A stretch of 64,000 nucleotides of DNA, taken from NCBI RefSeq assembly GCF_036321535.1, contig NC_087438.1, forward strand, positions 2,792,001-2,856,000, read 5' to 3'. Under the pieces are notes generated by a model, which ran no database searches, was not told the origin of the DNA, and was given only the letters and a program-made list of their open reading frames with translations. How positions within the stretch are numbered: position 1 is the first letter of the stretch; the number at the start of each line of letters is the position of its first letter. This document shows positions 13,558-26,220 of this stretch, in pieces. Position numbers and translations under genes: made by a program. The DNA is from Camelus dromedarius. Taxonomy: Eukaryota.

Positions 13558-13651
13558 TTTCTAAAAAGAGAAAAAAAAATTACTGGGAATGAACCCAGGA
13601 CCTCCTGCATGCTAAGCACATACTCTACCACTGAGCGATGTTCACCCCCCA
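13558..13651 (-). mobile_element. tRNA-derived SINE, camelid Vic-1-like, with target-site duplication
   Basis: Reverse complement reads 'gctcagtggtagagtatgtgcttagcatgcaggaggtcctgggttcattcccagt' (A and B boxes); flanks caggacatttct (13546-13557) and caggacacttct (13652-13663). Confidence 0.85.
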
Positions 13652-14549
13652 CAGGACACTTCTGCGTACTCCCCACAACACCCCATGAATTGGGAGGTTT
13701 CCACTCTGGCTGGCAGAATCAGCACGGGCCCCAGATCATCATGGGGGCTGGGTTATGTTTTCTTTTCTCTTTTGGTCGTTCCTTCCCAGTCCTTGCTTCC
13801 CTCTGAGTACGGCTGGGTGCTCAGCCAAGTGCTCAAAGGAGACTGTGCAGGTCCCCAGGGTTATTTCCATGTGCAGCTCTCACCGCTCCACTACTCTGCC
13901 CCCGAACTCTGCCCATTTTGTTCTTCCTGGTCTCCTAGCTCTGTCTTTACAGACAATATTTTTTAAAGGTTAAAATGCAGAATTTTATTCATATAGTACT
14001 CTTTCCTTAACACTGTACTTCAGTTAACTAAGGCAATTTTGTGGGGATTTATTAAAGAGGAAAAGTGTCTTCTAGATTGAAAAGAGAGCATCCTTCTCAT
14101 ATGAGACTTTGGGATTACAGAGAACCCCTGCGTTGTGTAAATTCTCATGTTGCAGGGGGCGTGCCTTCTTATTTGACATCTTTTTTTTTCCAGCAACAAA
14201 ATGGAACATCTGTAATTTTTTTCCTACCTTACAGAAAAGCTGAGGCTTTTGTTTGTTTTTGTTTAAAAGGACAAATTTTTAACAAACACTTGGCATCTGA
14301 AAGTCGTCTGTGATCTGGCCAAGTCACCTAGGGCTCCACACACATCCTGTTTTCATTTCATTTCATAAGAGGTGGCAGAAAGATGCTACTGAGACAGCTA
14401 TTGAAATTTGGTTCTTGGGTTCTAAGAGGTATACAGATAGTTTAATTTTGTTGAAGGAATTATATACTTTTGGTTATTTGTCAAAAATATAGAAAATATA
14501 AATATTCAATATATGGCCAATTTATATACACATACTTTAGCTACCATTC

Positions 14550-14628
14550 CTTTTTTTTTTTTTTCTTAATTGAAGTATAGTCGGGTTACAAAGTTGGTGT
14601 ACAGCTTAGTGATTCACAGCATAGTGAT

Positions 14629-14697
<69 letters not shown>

Positions 14698-14985
14698 CTT
14701 TTCATATTCTTTTTCAGTATAGGCTATTACAAGGTATTGAATATAGTTCCCTGTGCTGTACAGCAGGACCTTGTTGTTTATTTATTTTATATATGGTAGT
14801 GTGTATCTGCTAATCCCAAACTCCTAATTTGTCTCCCCACCCTCCCCTTTCCCCTGCCTTGGTAACCATAAGTTTGTTCTCTATGTCTGAGAGTCTCTAT
14901 TTTGTAAATCAGTTCATTTGTGTCATTTTTTTTTAGATTCCACATATAAGTGATATCATATGGTGTTTTTCTTCCTCTTTCTGGT
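14550..14985 (-). mobile_element. L1 3' UTR fragment with T tail and internal (TA)n
   Basis: Poly-T then 'ttgaagtatag...aatatagttccctgtgctgta...agattccacatataagtgatatcatatgg'. Confidence 0.95.
14635..14694. repeat. (TA)n microsatellite, about 30 units
   Basis: Perfect TA run. Confidence 0.95.
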
Positions 14986-16729
14986 GTTCTGATTTATTAA
15001 GATTCATGCTAAATCTTGCTGAGTTTAGTTATCTGAAACTTCCCCACGCGCACATGAAGCCGTTCTCGTAGCACATTCTGCTTTTCTTATCTTCACTCCA
15101 AAGACTTTTATTTTTACAATTTTACTTAGCTTAAAAATATTTTGAAGTATGTATTACAAAAAAATTACAGGTCTACTTCAAACCTTGATAAGACACTGAT
15201 CTTTATTATATTAACCTTTTCCAAACTGTAAGGCTCAGCTGCTCCCATCTATCAAAGTCTAACTTGCTAGATCCAATCACCAGTTCTAAGTTTATTTTAA
15301 TTAGGACTTTTAGCTCGGTTGCTGCATTAACACATTTGTTCTTTGTTTAAATATTCCCTAAATGATAAAACTCTCAAGGTATTTCTTAAGGGTATGATGA
15401 CTAAATTGCCCAAATGGATATTATATAACAGAAAAATGGTACATCATAAGCAAAACTCAGGGGACACTTTGAGGATTATTTTATACAAATATTTGGGAAA
15501 CGCATGTGAAATACGACGCTGTCTCATGGATCTGACAATCGTGACTTAGGTTTATTCTCTACAGTTAGAGCCAAACTGGTCTCAGCAAAACTTCAGGTGT
15601 ATCTTAACAGCCTCACTCTCAAACGGGATGGGTTCAGATTTCCTAAATTGTTTGCACCAAGCCAAGCCAGTGGATGGGATGGATCAAATAATTTTAATCA
15701 CTAGGATCATGTGGAGGGGCCTTAAAAGCCTCATTTGTTTCTTTCTCTCCCAAGCAGGAGGGCCCCCCGCGCATTATAAAGCACGCACAAGCCCGCAGTC
15801 TAGTCCCTGGGATGGTGAGACCAGATGCTGCCTCTCCGGAGTGCTGGCTGGCCCGGCACCACCAGGATCCCAGGACATCCCACCTCCTTGGGTCCCCTCA
15901 GCCCCTCCCACTCAGAGCAGGACAGCTGTGTTATTCTAACCTTGTCGTTGACAATCAGTTTTCATGTTGCCATTCAAGCACACAATTCAAATCCCCTCTC
16001 CAAAACCTAACTGCATTCTAATTTGTTGTCTTGCTCCTAGCCAACCCAGGGGTCCCAGACTGACCCTCGGTGACAAACATTCATTAGCCACAGAATACTA
16101 AAACAGCTTTAAAAACAAAACAAAGCAAATAAAGCAGAACCACTTGCAACGTGTGCCCAAAGGCGCTGATGAGAGCTCTGTGTGTTGCGTGTGTGATGGA
16201 ATGGCGTGCCCCGTCCTACTCGGGACTGGGCCCTGCTGCACAGCCCAGGCCCCTGCTGTCCAGAGGGCTTGCTTACCCCTGCCCCTGGCTTCTGGGAAGA
16301 CTCGCAGCCACTGTAAAAGCCAGGGGAACACGTCCACAGAGTCACCAGGGGCTTTGAGAGCATCTTTAGCTAGAGAGTCATGCTTATGGACAGGAAACGG
16401 CTGAAGCCCAGAATTCCCCTGATGCTGCTCATTTGGGAGAAAAACTCATTTTAGGACAAACTTTTTAACCCCACGTCCAATGGTTTTCTTAATGATATCC
16501 ATTCTATCACTTTTTAATTGAAACACTTTAAGCAGATGTTGTCATTAGGGACCAACCCTCTGCTTTATTTTCCCAAATAGAAGATGCAAACAAGTAGTTT
16601 GTTTCCAGAAAAATACTGTGGTTTGAGGTTCAGTTTTTGCAACAAGTAATGAATATCTTTTTGATCTTAGATTTCAGAATTTCATCAATGAAATTGTGAT
16701 CAATTAAATAGTGAGTCCTCTAGTGTATT

Positions 16730-16826
16730 TCAAGCAATCTGAAGGCAAGGACAGGATCTGATGTCACCTCCATGTCCTGTGACGTTCCTAGCGTGGTCCG
16801 CACAGAGCAGCGCTCAGCAATCACTG
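16730..16826 (+). mobile_element. L2 3' end remnant
   Basis: 'gaaggcaaggacagg...cctagcgtggtccgcacagagcagcgctcagcaa'. Confidence 0.55.
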
Positions 16827-17002
16827 GGACCCAGAACTGAGTATGATGCTTTTGATCATTGGTTGGTTTGATTGACAGTTTCCCCTCCTAGTATGTTCTA
16901 ATTAGCCAGGTTATTAATAGGATTATGGAGTCGGCTTCACAATGTGATCCTGCAAAAGGTACGAAATAGCAAATCAGATAAATACTGTGTTGTGCCCCAA
17001 AT

Positions 17003-17070
17003 CTCCTTCCTCTCCTTCCTTCCACCCTCCCTCCCTCTTCCCTTCTCTCCCTCCCTCCCCCTCTCCCCCC
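17003..17070. repeat. CT-rich low-complexity tract
   Basis: Degenerate (CCTT/CCCT)n. Confidence 0.85.
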
Positions 17071-18206
17071 AGCCCATTTTCCTTATGCCTGTAGAATATT
17101 CTCTGATTCCTGTCCCATCACCAGAAGTCTGTAAGTGGGGAAATGAGGGACGAGAAAGCCTGCAGAGCCTTCTGTTTACATAGATGTGTCTGTCGAGTCT
17201 TCTTGGAAGCGTTCAGCAATGCTTTGTGTTATCAAACAACTTTACTCTTACCATGAAGCCCACTTTTCCTAAACACGTCTAATTTGCCTTCCTCCGGCCC
17301 TGCCTGTTTTCTTGGCTGCAGGAATGAACGCTCTGTACTCTAAGTTCTTCTGCTCATAAACAACTCAGCTGACTTTGTACCTTTTTACGATGTTCGGTAC
17401 AAGCAAACTGCTTTGAAGTTCACACAGTTTGCACTTTGTTTTGGAATTCTCTGGTTGCTTTCATAGAAGAAAACAGCAGGGATTTCATTAAGAGAGGATT
17501 CCACTCTCACAGTGTCACTGGGCCAGTTTTCTACGATATTTAAAGAATGGGAGACGCCGGCACCCAAGTTCTCATGCATGAAACATTCTGCAGTCGGTGT
17601 GATGCAATGAGAAAAGCAAGCCAGTCAATCAGTTTTCTTAGGTGCTTTTAACCCAACGCTCAGCTTTGTGTTCTAATATTGAAATATGCTGGGCCTGGTG
17701 TTTCACAATGTCTAATATGACTGTCTTGTCCACAAAGGCCATGTTCTTCTGAAGACAGGAGCCACCCTGCTTTCTGTGTCACATTCGAACCTGCGAGCCA
17801 CCCTTCCAGGCGGTACCCGGTCTCGGCTCCGACTCATCTGCGAACTTCACGGACCTTCATGGAGTGCTTCCAAGGTCCCAGACTGAAATCAACAGGGAAG
17901 TGCAGTTTTTAGGCATTTTTCATATGACACAGAACGTTCAGAGCTTTGAGTGTTCATAGAGGAAAGCAGCTTTTTTGTTTGTTTTCTTTTGAAAGTTTAA
18001 TCAAAGGACATGAAATGATCTATAAGGAATGTGAAATTAACAGATTACAAGTGATAACGTCTTTTCCCACCACGATACCAGACTGAGTGTTTTGAATAAA
18101 TTGTCATAATGTAAGATGAAATAAAACTGGATATTTTTCTGACTCTGTGAAAGGCATGAAACTTGCTGTACGTGAATATATAAATCGACCCTGTAATTCT
18201 GCCTCT

Positions 18207-18421
18207 CCAGGAGTTTTGGCCTTGGCATGATTGACATTTACGGCTGGAATATTCTGTGCTTGTTGCTGTCCTGTGCGTTGCTCGAAGTGTGTCAGCACCC
18301 TGGATTCTGCCCACCAGATGAGAGTAGGCTCCCTCAGCCCCGTCATGATAATCAAAACCATCTCCAGTCACTGCCAAGGGTTCCCTGGGGAGACAAAATC
18401 AACCTTGATTGAGAATTACTG
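18207..18421 (-). mobile_element. MER20 hAT-Charlie DNA transposon, near full length
   Basis: 'tgacatttacggctggaatattct...ccaccagatg...ccctggggagacaaaatcaaccttgattgagaattactg'. Confidence 0.85.
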
Positions 18422-18584
18422 ATCTGTATAATGGACTCAAACACCTCAAATATACACACAGTTCCAATATCAATTTAGAAGGTGTCTTATTACATCTTCG
18501 TGTCTGAAGTTAAATGGACCAAAAGAAAAATCATTCAATTGTTTTTTCCTCTTTTCAAGGGGTTCCTTTAACTTAGAGCAGGCA

Positions 18585-18729
18585 TGAGGGAAGTGCGTCT
18601 GACTCTATAAATCAGTCTCTTTTGAGAGTTCGCAGTGCTCGTGGAGCTTACAGATGAAGACATCTCTCAGCACAGCTGGACTTTTCGACCAAAGCAGGAA
18701 GACACCACACACTCAGCAGCAAGGTGAGA
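18585..18729 (+). promoter_or_regulatory. Candidate TATA promoter and first exon
   Basis: ETS-like GGAAGT at about 18589, TATAAAT at 18606-18612, donor AAG|gtgaga at 18723/18724. Confidence 0.4.
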
Positions 18730-21329
18730 AACGCAGGGAGCACTGCAGGAGGAGGGCGAAGGATGACCATGGGGTCAGCCCGACATGAAGACCAATTCAA
18801 AGCCACCAGTCAGTGCAGCAGGAGATGAAGGCGTCTACGCTGTGCTGGGCTTAAAGCACAGTGAAGTTATCAAAGGAGGCATGGGGGTGGGGAGCCAACC
18901 TCTGTCTTCTTTACCACAACCCTCACGGTCATTCTAACTGCACATTCAAAAAGGCCCATTGGAAGCCATCTAGGACAGAGCAACCCTGAAAGTAAGGCAC
19001 AGTGGGGTCTCGAATGTGGGAAGAGAAGCCAGCTCATTCGACACCTGGGTGGCATAGCAGAAACACCTGATTCCCAGGTCCTCCTGAAGCTCCCTGAGGA
19101 GTGGGGTCGGCCTCGTGGCGCACGGACGTTTACGACAGGGTGACAATGACTGCCTTTTATTTCTGCTGGGAGAAGCGGGGCGGTGTAATAACGCAGACGC
19201 TAAACACACTTCCCCTCTGCCCTAAAATCTAGCTCAGTGATTCTTCTGTTTCTGTATAAATGTATCGGCGTGCATTTCCCACAGATGGTGGAGAGGCTTG
19301 GTGCGTTACGCACAGTCAGTGGGAGAGTCTGGGGAACACAGGAGCTGCTCTTCCTGTTTCAGGGCGGGGTCTCTGAGGGGGCTGTGTGTGCCCCCAGGTG
19401 AGTACCAGCAGGGTCAGCGAGTGCACTCTCGACACGCTGCGCCTTCCAGGTGGGCAGGTGCGGCCAAGTCCCGTCCTGCTGGCTCCCTTCTCCACCTCGG
19501 GATTTCTGAGAGCCGAAGGCACCATAGATCACCGTGGCCCAGCGAACCATGAAAACTGTTTCAGCGCTTGGCTCTTGCAGTTGACAGACTGCGAAGGCAG
19601 AGAGGCATAAAATAAGGTCCACACCAGGCTCTTAATCAAGCCAGGATCCACAGTCTGATGAGCCTGGGACCCCTCCTTCAGCGCCAGCAGAGCAGCCCTG
19701 CAGTATTGCTTCAGCCAAAGGTCGATATGTTTTCTCCGGAGGTAACCTTGTCCACAGTTCACAGTGCACCGTGGTTGGAATCTACCTGAGTGGACTACCC
19801 GACTTTTCCACTCTCCATTCTTCATAAACACATGGCTGTAATTTGTCTATCCAGTCCGCTCCCCCACTACACACACAGAAGGATAAACATACATGCCTTC
19901 TCTATGACAGGCGTTCTTCAATCAAGTTTAAGATTCTGCTTGTCAAATTATCAAGAAACACATTACTTCCTTCTTGAGACTTCCTGCCCACCCGTGCCTT
20001 TCCCCAGAACCCTAGTGTCAGATTGAACTCTGACGATTTCAAAGATTGGGTGGGGAAGGGACGCAGAGCACCAAGAGCTGACCAGAGAACCTCCAGTCTG
20101 GAGTCATCTTTACATCTGTGTCGCCTGATAGGTCTTTGTCCATCGTGGCCCTGATTTGCTTACTTAAGACTGTCACCTGCACGGACCTCCGAGGAACTCA
20201 ATGCTCCAGACACAGGGTGTCTTCCTCTAGCTTACGTTCCCAGGGTTTCCCACGGCCTAAGCGCCACGTCTAGGAGGTTGTATCAGAGCACATTCCAGCT
20301 TAACCACATTCCATGCAGGAGCCAGACGTATCCCCTGTGGGCATACAGTCCTGGCACCAAGCTGGATCCCACGGCATATTCCCTTCCCCGGGGTGAGTCC
20401 ACTGCTGGTGTCTGTTCGAAGCTGACAAGTCTGCATCAACCAATCCATTCACTCTCTTCCACTCATGACAGTCCTTGCCTGAGCAGGACTGGGGCCATCT
20501 CCACCCCTCCTCACAATGACCCTTGGAGCATGTGCTGTCTACCTGCCTGCTTCTCACGACGACGGCACTTGCCAGAGCCATTAGAAGAGGCAACCTTAGC
20601 AGTGAGTGTCTACGTATAATGCATTTTCATAAATGCTCTTAGCAGATCTAAGGCAGGTCTTCTCTAAGATGATTTTGTGTGCTTCAATTTAAAAAAAAAA
20701 TTAAGATCCCACTCAAGACACACCAAACTTCTGTACTCACACACACACTCATGCACTCAGATATATGTATGTACTGCATTTCAATAAGCCAATCAGTAAG
20801 TCGTGCAGACACTTCAGCTCCGTGCTCCTCAGGCTGTCCGGACCTGCAAGGCTGGTCCTTACTGGTGCTGCGAGCACTGGTGTCCTTTTCCCTCGTCTGC
20901 TATTTTTTTCAATTAGTGTATTTCATACAGGGTATTAAACTTCCCTGTAGTTTCTCTATATTTATTTTCTTCTCCTTATTGAAAAATGTATTCCTTGCTG
21001 TCTATTGACCACTGGCCATAGTCCTAGAAATGAGCCTTTCTGGGAAGAGCAGCTGTGGGTGACAGTAGCCCCTTCAATATTCCTTACTGCAGGTGTGTAA
21101 AGTCTAAAATTACCACGGAGCCCAATTTTCAAGTCCTAAAATGAGCTTCTCTCTGTTATCCACTGCTTTGGATGATTTAAGTACAGACCACAATCTAGGC
21201 CACATTGCCAAAGTTTGCTACAATTGGCACTTGATTCACGTAGGGTGGGATTTTAATCAGGCACAAAATTTTAGGAGTGTTATTTGTCCACTGTATGTTG
21301 AAAATATGTTGGGAAATATTTAAAAATAG

Positions 21330-23050
21330 AAACATCTTTTAACCTAGAAATTATTTTTCTGAGTTTTTTTTTACCTTAGGAAATGATTAAGATATGTAAC
21401 GTATAGAAGAATATAGTATTAATGGGACGTATAAAAATGAACACTGGAAACAACCTACGTTTTAATCATTACGGGATTCTTAATTAAATTACCATTCATA
21501 AAATTGACTGTTACAGAGTGTCAGGAAGTTTCTGTGTTGTACGCCCGTGTGCACACTTTCATTTTAATGCTCTGAAGACGCACGGAGAGCGCTGTAGCAA
21601 GGCAAACGTCCAGAATGCTCAAGTGGAGGTATTCTGTCTTATTTTCTTCAGATTCTTTTCAAATCATAAGTAATACTAAACTGAAATACAGTAACATCCG
21701 TTAGGTGTGTTTCTTTGCTTTTCTTCCCAGTTCAGTTTCTCTCTCTACTTCCAGTCAAGAATTTTGTGGGGAGTTTGTTATAACTCACGATTTTAGCTGT
21801 ATCACAGACATATTTATCTACCTTCTCTCTGTATTGTCTACCTGTCAAGCTATCTATCATCAATAGATAACGTTCTGCATTATCTATTGATAATGTCCTG
21901 CAATATTTTAAAATATGAAAATGTTCTTTCCACTTTTCTAACTTTATAAATTGCTTCTCCATCTTTCAAATTAAGCCAGGACTTAGCATGGTTTGACTTC
22001 CTTCCAAAACCACCTCTGGCATTTTGTGTGTCGTTATTGTTATGTTTAGTTCTGTTTTGAATAAAACATAAATAATATTTTTATAAACAATAGTTAATTA
22101 CATTACAAATGTAATTTATCCATTTAATTCTGTTTACTTTAATCCTACTTCTTTCTTTTGAAACATTTTCTTAAGGAATGGCATTATTTGGCAATTAGTT
22201 TTTCAGAGGCGGACACCTGAGTGGTAAACTCATCATCTTTGCATGCTTGGGAACCTCCTTCTTTTGCCCTCACTTTTGTGACATATTAACCACCTGTCGT
22301 AAACTGGGTCTACCATTATTTTCCCTCAGCACTTTAAATTTTTTTCTAATGGTCTTCCAGTTTGTGGAGGAGGTGCCTAAAGTCAATGCAATTATCTGTA
22401 CTGGAGATTTTAAGTTTTTTTCTTTTAAATCTCATGCATTTCCTGTTCATAGTTTATTTTATGTTAATTTCATTAAAATGTATCTAGTGTGGACTTTTTT
22501 CTCCTCAACACTGCATTTATGCTGAATGTTTGAGAGCTATGGAAAAATGCATGGCCGCTATCACTTTAAATATTGTCCATAATTTCTTTCTTTCTTTCTT
22601 TAATTTTTGACTTTTTATTTTTCTCTGTGATGTGTGTATTTTTAATCATTGTCTTCACAGTTGCTAATTCTCTCTTTAGCTCTTTCTAGTCTAGAATTTA
22701 TCTTTATATCATATTTTTAAAAATTATTTGCTTTTTTGTTTTATTTTTAATTGGTTTGTCTTTATATTAAGTGTATTTTTTAATCCTTTAAATTTCTTTT
22801 TATGTTCCATATTCATTCTTGAATAATTTAAACATTCTATCAATATTATTTCAAGACTATTCTTGTATTTCCATTTTCTGGTGAGATATTTCTCAGATTT
22901 GGCCAGATGTTTTGTTTTTGCTTTTGTTTTGTTTTTCAAGTGTCTTTTCAGCTCTTCATTTTTCTCATGTATATTGAAACGTGTTGTGACAATGCAGGTG
23001 GAGTCAGGACTCCTCTTCACTCATTTCAGAACCAAATCTTGGGTCGTTAG
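21330..23050. mobile_element. Highly decayed L1ME-like fragments
   Basis: AT-rich, T-skewed sequence with L1 motifs ('actggaaacaacctac', 'ttccctcagcacttta', 'gctaattctctctttagc'). Confidence 0.5.
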
Positions 23051-23764
23051 CTTTGGATCTTGGTCCACAAAGACCCCAAAGACTCATGCTTGAGCTGACC
23101 TCTGGCCTGTCCTGGTTCCTGTGGTCTGGCATCTCTGGTTTCCCGCCACGGGAGACAAACAGTTCATTTCTGGACTTGCCTGGGGACGTTTGCAGATTTA
23201 TAAGCCTCTATGGGAAATCTCTCTCTTCCACACAATTAAAGTGTCCCCCTCTTTTTTTCTTACTTCTGAGCCCAGTTAAGACTGGGATTTTATCACCTCC
23301 TCATTGCTGTGTGTTTATGTATTCTCTCTCTCTCTGTCTCTCCCCCTCTCCTTTGTCCCTCTCCCCCAATCTTCCAGTATATACAGAGAAGTCAATATAT
23401 GCTTCTGCTATTTCCAACTCCCAGCTAAATCTGACAACCATTTGGATGTTGCTTCCCGTTGCTTTCCACCGTCTTCTGTGACTTGGGCCCCTGGGAGCCA
23501 GCATCATGTTATTCCCACAGGGCAATATTAATCTCTGCCAAGTTCATTATTGACCATTATTTCAGCCTCAGTGATGGGATCCCCTTTGGGTCCATTGACT
23601 TCACTGTACCCCTTAGCTCTGGGCTCCCTGTTTCCCTCTGTTTATACCACATGATGATGTGCACAGTGGGTGCCCGGCACTTCTGAACATGTGATGCAGA
23701 TAACAGGTTACAAAATGCCCTATTGAGCTGATGCATTAACATCCACTCAGACTTGACCGGAACT

Positions 23765-23880
23765 TACTCTCTGTAAGGACAGGGATCTTTGTCCATTTGC
23801 TCACAATGCATCTCCAGCAATCCTAGTGGTGACTGGCACAAAGCAGGGACTCAGTACACATGGGCTGAATCAGTGGATGA
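23765..23880 (+). mobile_element. L2 3' end remnant
   Basis: 'aggacagggatctttgtccatttgctcac...ctggcacaaagcagggactcagtac...tgaatcagtggatga'. Confidence 0.75.
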
Positions 23881-24809
23881 GGTCCTGAGGCTTTGTACCA
23901 TCGTATCCTTGCAAAGAGAGTGTGGCCTGTGTTAGTCAGTGTAAGGATGAAAACTGAAAGTGTCTCATGAACAAGATTATTGCCACACAAATGCTATTTG
24001 TCACTTCTCTCCCCATTCCCAGCATGAGACTCTTCTGTTTCTACTCAAATTTAACTCAAATGTTCCTTGGAAATTCACGGATGATTTCAGAGCTTGACTC
24101 AAGAAGAAGAATATTCAGCTGGAACCTGTGAGGTAATTTCCATTAAGTGTGTTGTTTGATGGCGTAAAAGCAGATGGGAAGAACGAGCTTCATCCCCTCC
24201 TTATGGTGCACTGGAAATAAAAAGTTAGAAAGTTGTCGTAAGATCAGGTCTATAATTAAGAACAATTTGGGTTGATTTAACAGTTGGTTAAGCAATTCTT
24301 TCAGTTCCTTTTTGAATCATCAGAGACTAAGGTGGAAGCTTCCTCTGTGGTTGTTAATTATTCTTTTTTATTACAGTCAGGACACTTACGGTTTTCTTTG
24401 TGCTTTAGTCTTCTCTGGAATTCAGTGTTATGGTCAAAACGTTTATTTCTGCCTTGCCAAAGTGTTTCTTTTGAATCTTAGCAGGAAAATTACCTCTACT
24501 TCTCATTTAAAATTTAGAGCAAATCCAAGCCTGGGAATCTCGCGTGGGCGCCTCTGCTCAGGATGTGGCATCACTGTGTGGCCTCCACCACCACCAGCAT
24601 CAAGTCCCCGGACAGCACACTGGTTTCTCCTCACCGCTGGGCACAAGGCAGGTCCCCCACCACTCCACCAAGTCATCCTGACTGTTTCTTTTCTCAATAT
24701 AAATGCAGTCTATTCTCTTTATGAAATATCTGGAGAATGCAAAAAGAAAAGTGTATAGAAGAAAATAAAAATCAGCTGTAATTATACTACCAAGAGAAAA
24801 ACTCATAAT

Positions 24810-25195
24810 TGCAAAATTCATTGCAGTATAGTTGGTTTACAGTGCAGTGTTAGTTTGTGGAACAGCACAGCGATCCAGTTATGCATGCATATTTCTTTTC
24901 ATTTTTTTTTCATTACAGGCCTTTACAAGGCATTGAAATTAGTCCCCTGGGGCTTTGCTGTTTATCTATCTTATACATAGCAGTATATCCAAATCCTAAG
25001 CTGAACTGGAGGTCGTCGTACTAAGTGAAGTGAGCCAGAAAGAAAAAGAAAAATCCATGTGAGATCACTTACATGTGGACTCTAAAAAAAATGAGACAAA
25101 CGAACTTTTTTACAAAACAGAAACTGACTCACAGACAAAGAAAACAAACTTGTGGTTACCAGGGGGGAAAGTGGGAGGTGGAGGGATAAATTGGG
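24810..25195 (-). mobile_element. Short L1 insertion with inverted 5' segment
   Basis: 24820-24995 is an antisense 3' end and 25003-25195 is sense upstream L1 sequence; direct repeat aactcataat at 24800-24809 and 25196-25205. Confidence 0.85.
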
Positions 25196-25954
25196 AACTC
25201 ATAATCATTTTTAGAGGCATAGCTGGTTCTTGAACATATTTTTAAGAATCTATTTAACTAGTTACCATTTTACTGTGAAGCTTGTCTTTTATACAAATAT
25301 ACACCTTGAGAGGATCATTTTGTGGCTGAAAAAAAATCCCCTCTGAAGGTGCACTGAGGTAACTTACCATCCCTTTAATATGGGATACAGTTATTATTTA
25401 AAATGTTTTAGCATAAGCGATGATGTTTGGTTATCTTTGCCAATGCACAGTTGCTGATATCTCTGACTATTTAGTTGGCATGCCTTTCTAGAAGTCCACA
25501 CATTTTAGGAATAGTTACTAATGATCAGAATGGCTCTTTTCTTTTTCTTTTGGTAGAAACAATTATTTTTTCTTATCAAGGAAGGTCTTATAACATCTTT
25601 AAGATGAAGGATTTAACTGAATAAAAAATTTTAAATGCCTTAGAATTAACCTGATTCTGATTTAAACTAGACATGACAGAAAATCACACACACACACACA
25701 TTGAGTTTACATTCTCAGAAACAGTTCTCTCTGTCTCTCTTCTCCATTGAGAACTTGTTCTGACTTTTGGGGTTCCTTCTGGGTCTGACCTAATGCGGTC
25801 ACGAGCTGCAGTTCAAGCCAGGGAGCACGTGAGTGGATGGGGACGGGGATGGGGAGACGGACCATCCCTGCGAAAGCTTTCCCAGCTCCCTGAGCAGAAC
25901 CTCACTGAGGTGCGACGCAGCAGCCATTCTTGTTTCCACAGCCAGGAGGTGTCT

Positions 25955-26220
25955 GCCTGGGTAGGACTGTGTCCTCCCAAAGGGCACGTCGGTTTCAAGA
26001 TTCCTGATACCGCCGAATGTAACCGCGTTGGGCACTGACGGCACTCGTCAGAAGCTAAGAGAAGCGCACGGACGGACTCTGCCCTCGAGCCTCAGGGGAG
26101 CGCGCCCCGCCGACACCTTGACGCGGGACTTCCAGCGTCCAGACTGTGAAGGAGTACGTTGCTTTGTTTAAAGCCACCCAGTCTGCGGTCCTTCGTGACG
26201 GCAGCCCAGGAGCTAGCTCG
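25955..26220 (+). mobile_element. MLT1C/D-like MaLR LTR, internally deleted, CpG-rich
   Basis: 'ctgtgtcctcccaaa', 'cagaagctaagaga', 'gccgacaccttgacgcgggacttccagcgtccagactgtga', 'tttaaagccacccagt'. Confidence 0.85.

Larger units (their letters stand above)
9050..13945 (-). mobile_element. Ancient L1M element, about 4 kb, fragmented by younger insertions
   Basis: L1M 3' end at about 9055; minus-strand ORFs 9907-10194 (INDLSFYLK..EKEQ..KINEAK) and 10558-10776 (endonuclease-like) are decayed ORF2. Confidence 0.85.

Noticed and set aside
13580..13650. tRNA-like sequence
   Set aside because: It is the head of a SINE with a tail and target-site duplication, not a tRNA gene.
20010..20620. Possible old ERVL-type LTR (similar impressions at about 3930-4440 and 7590-7870)
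   Set aside because: I could not match a family or define its ends, so it is not reported as a feature.
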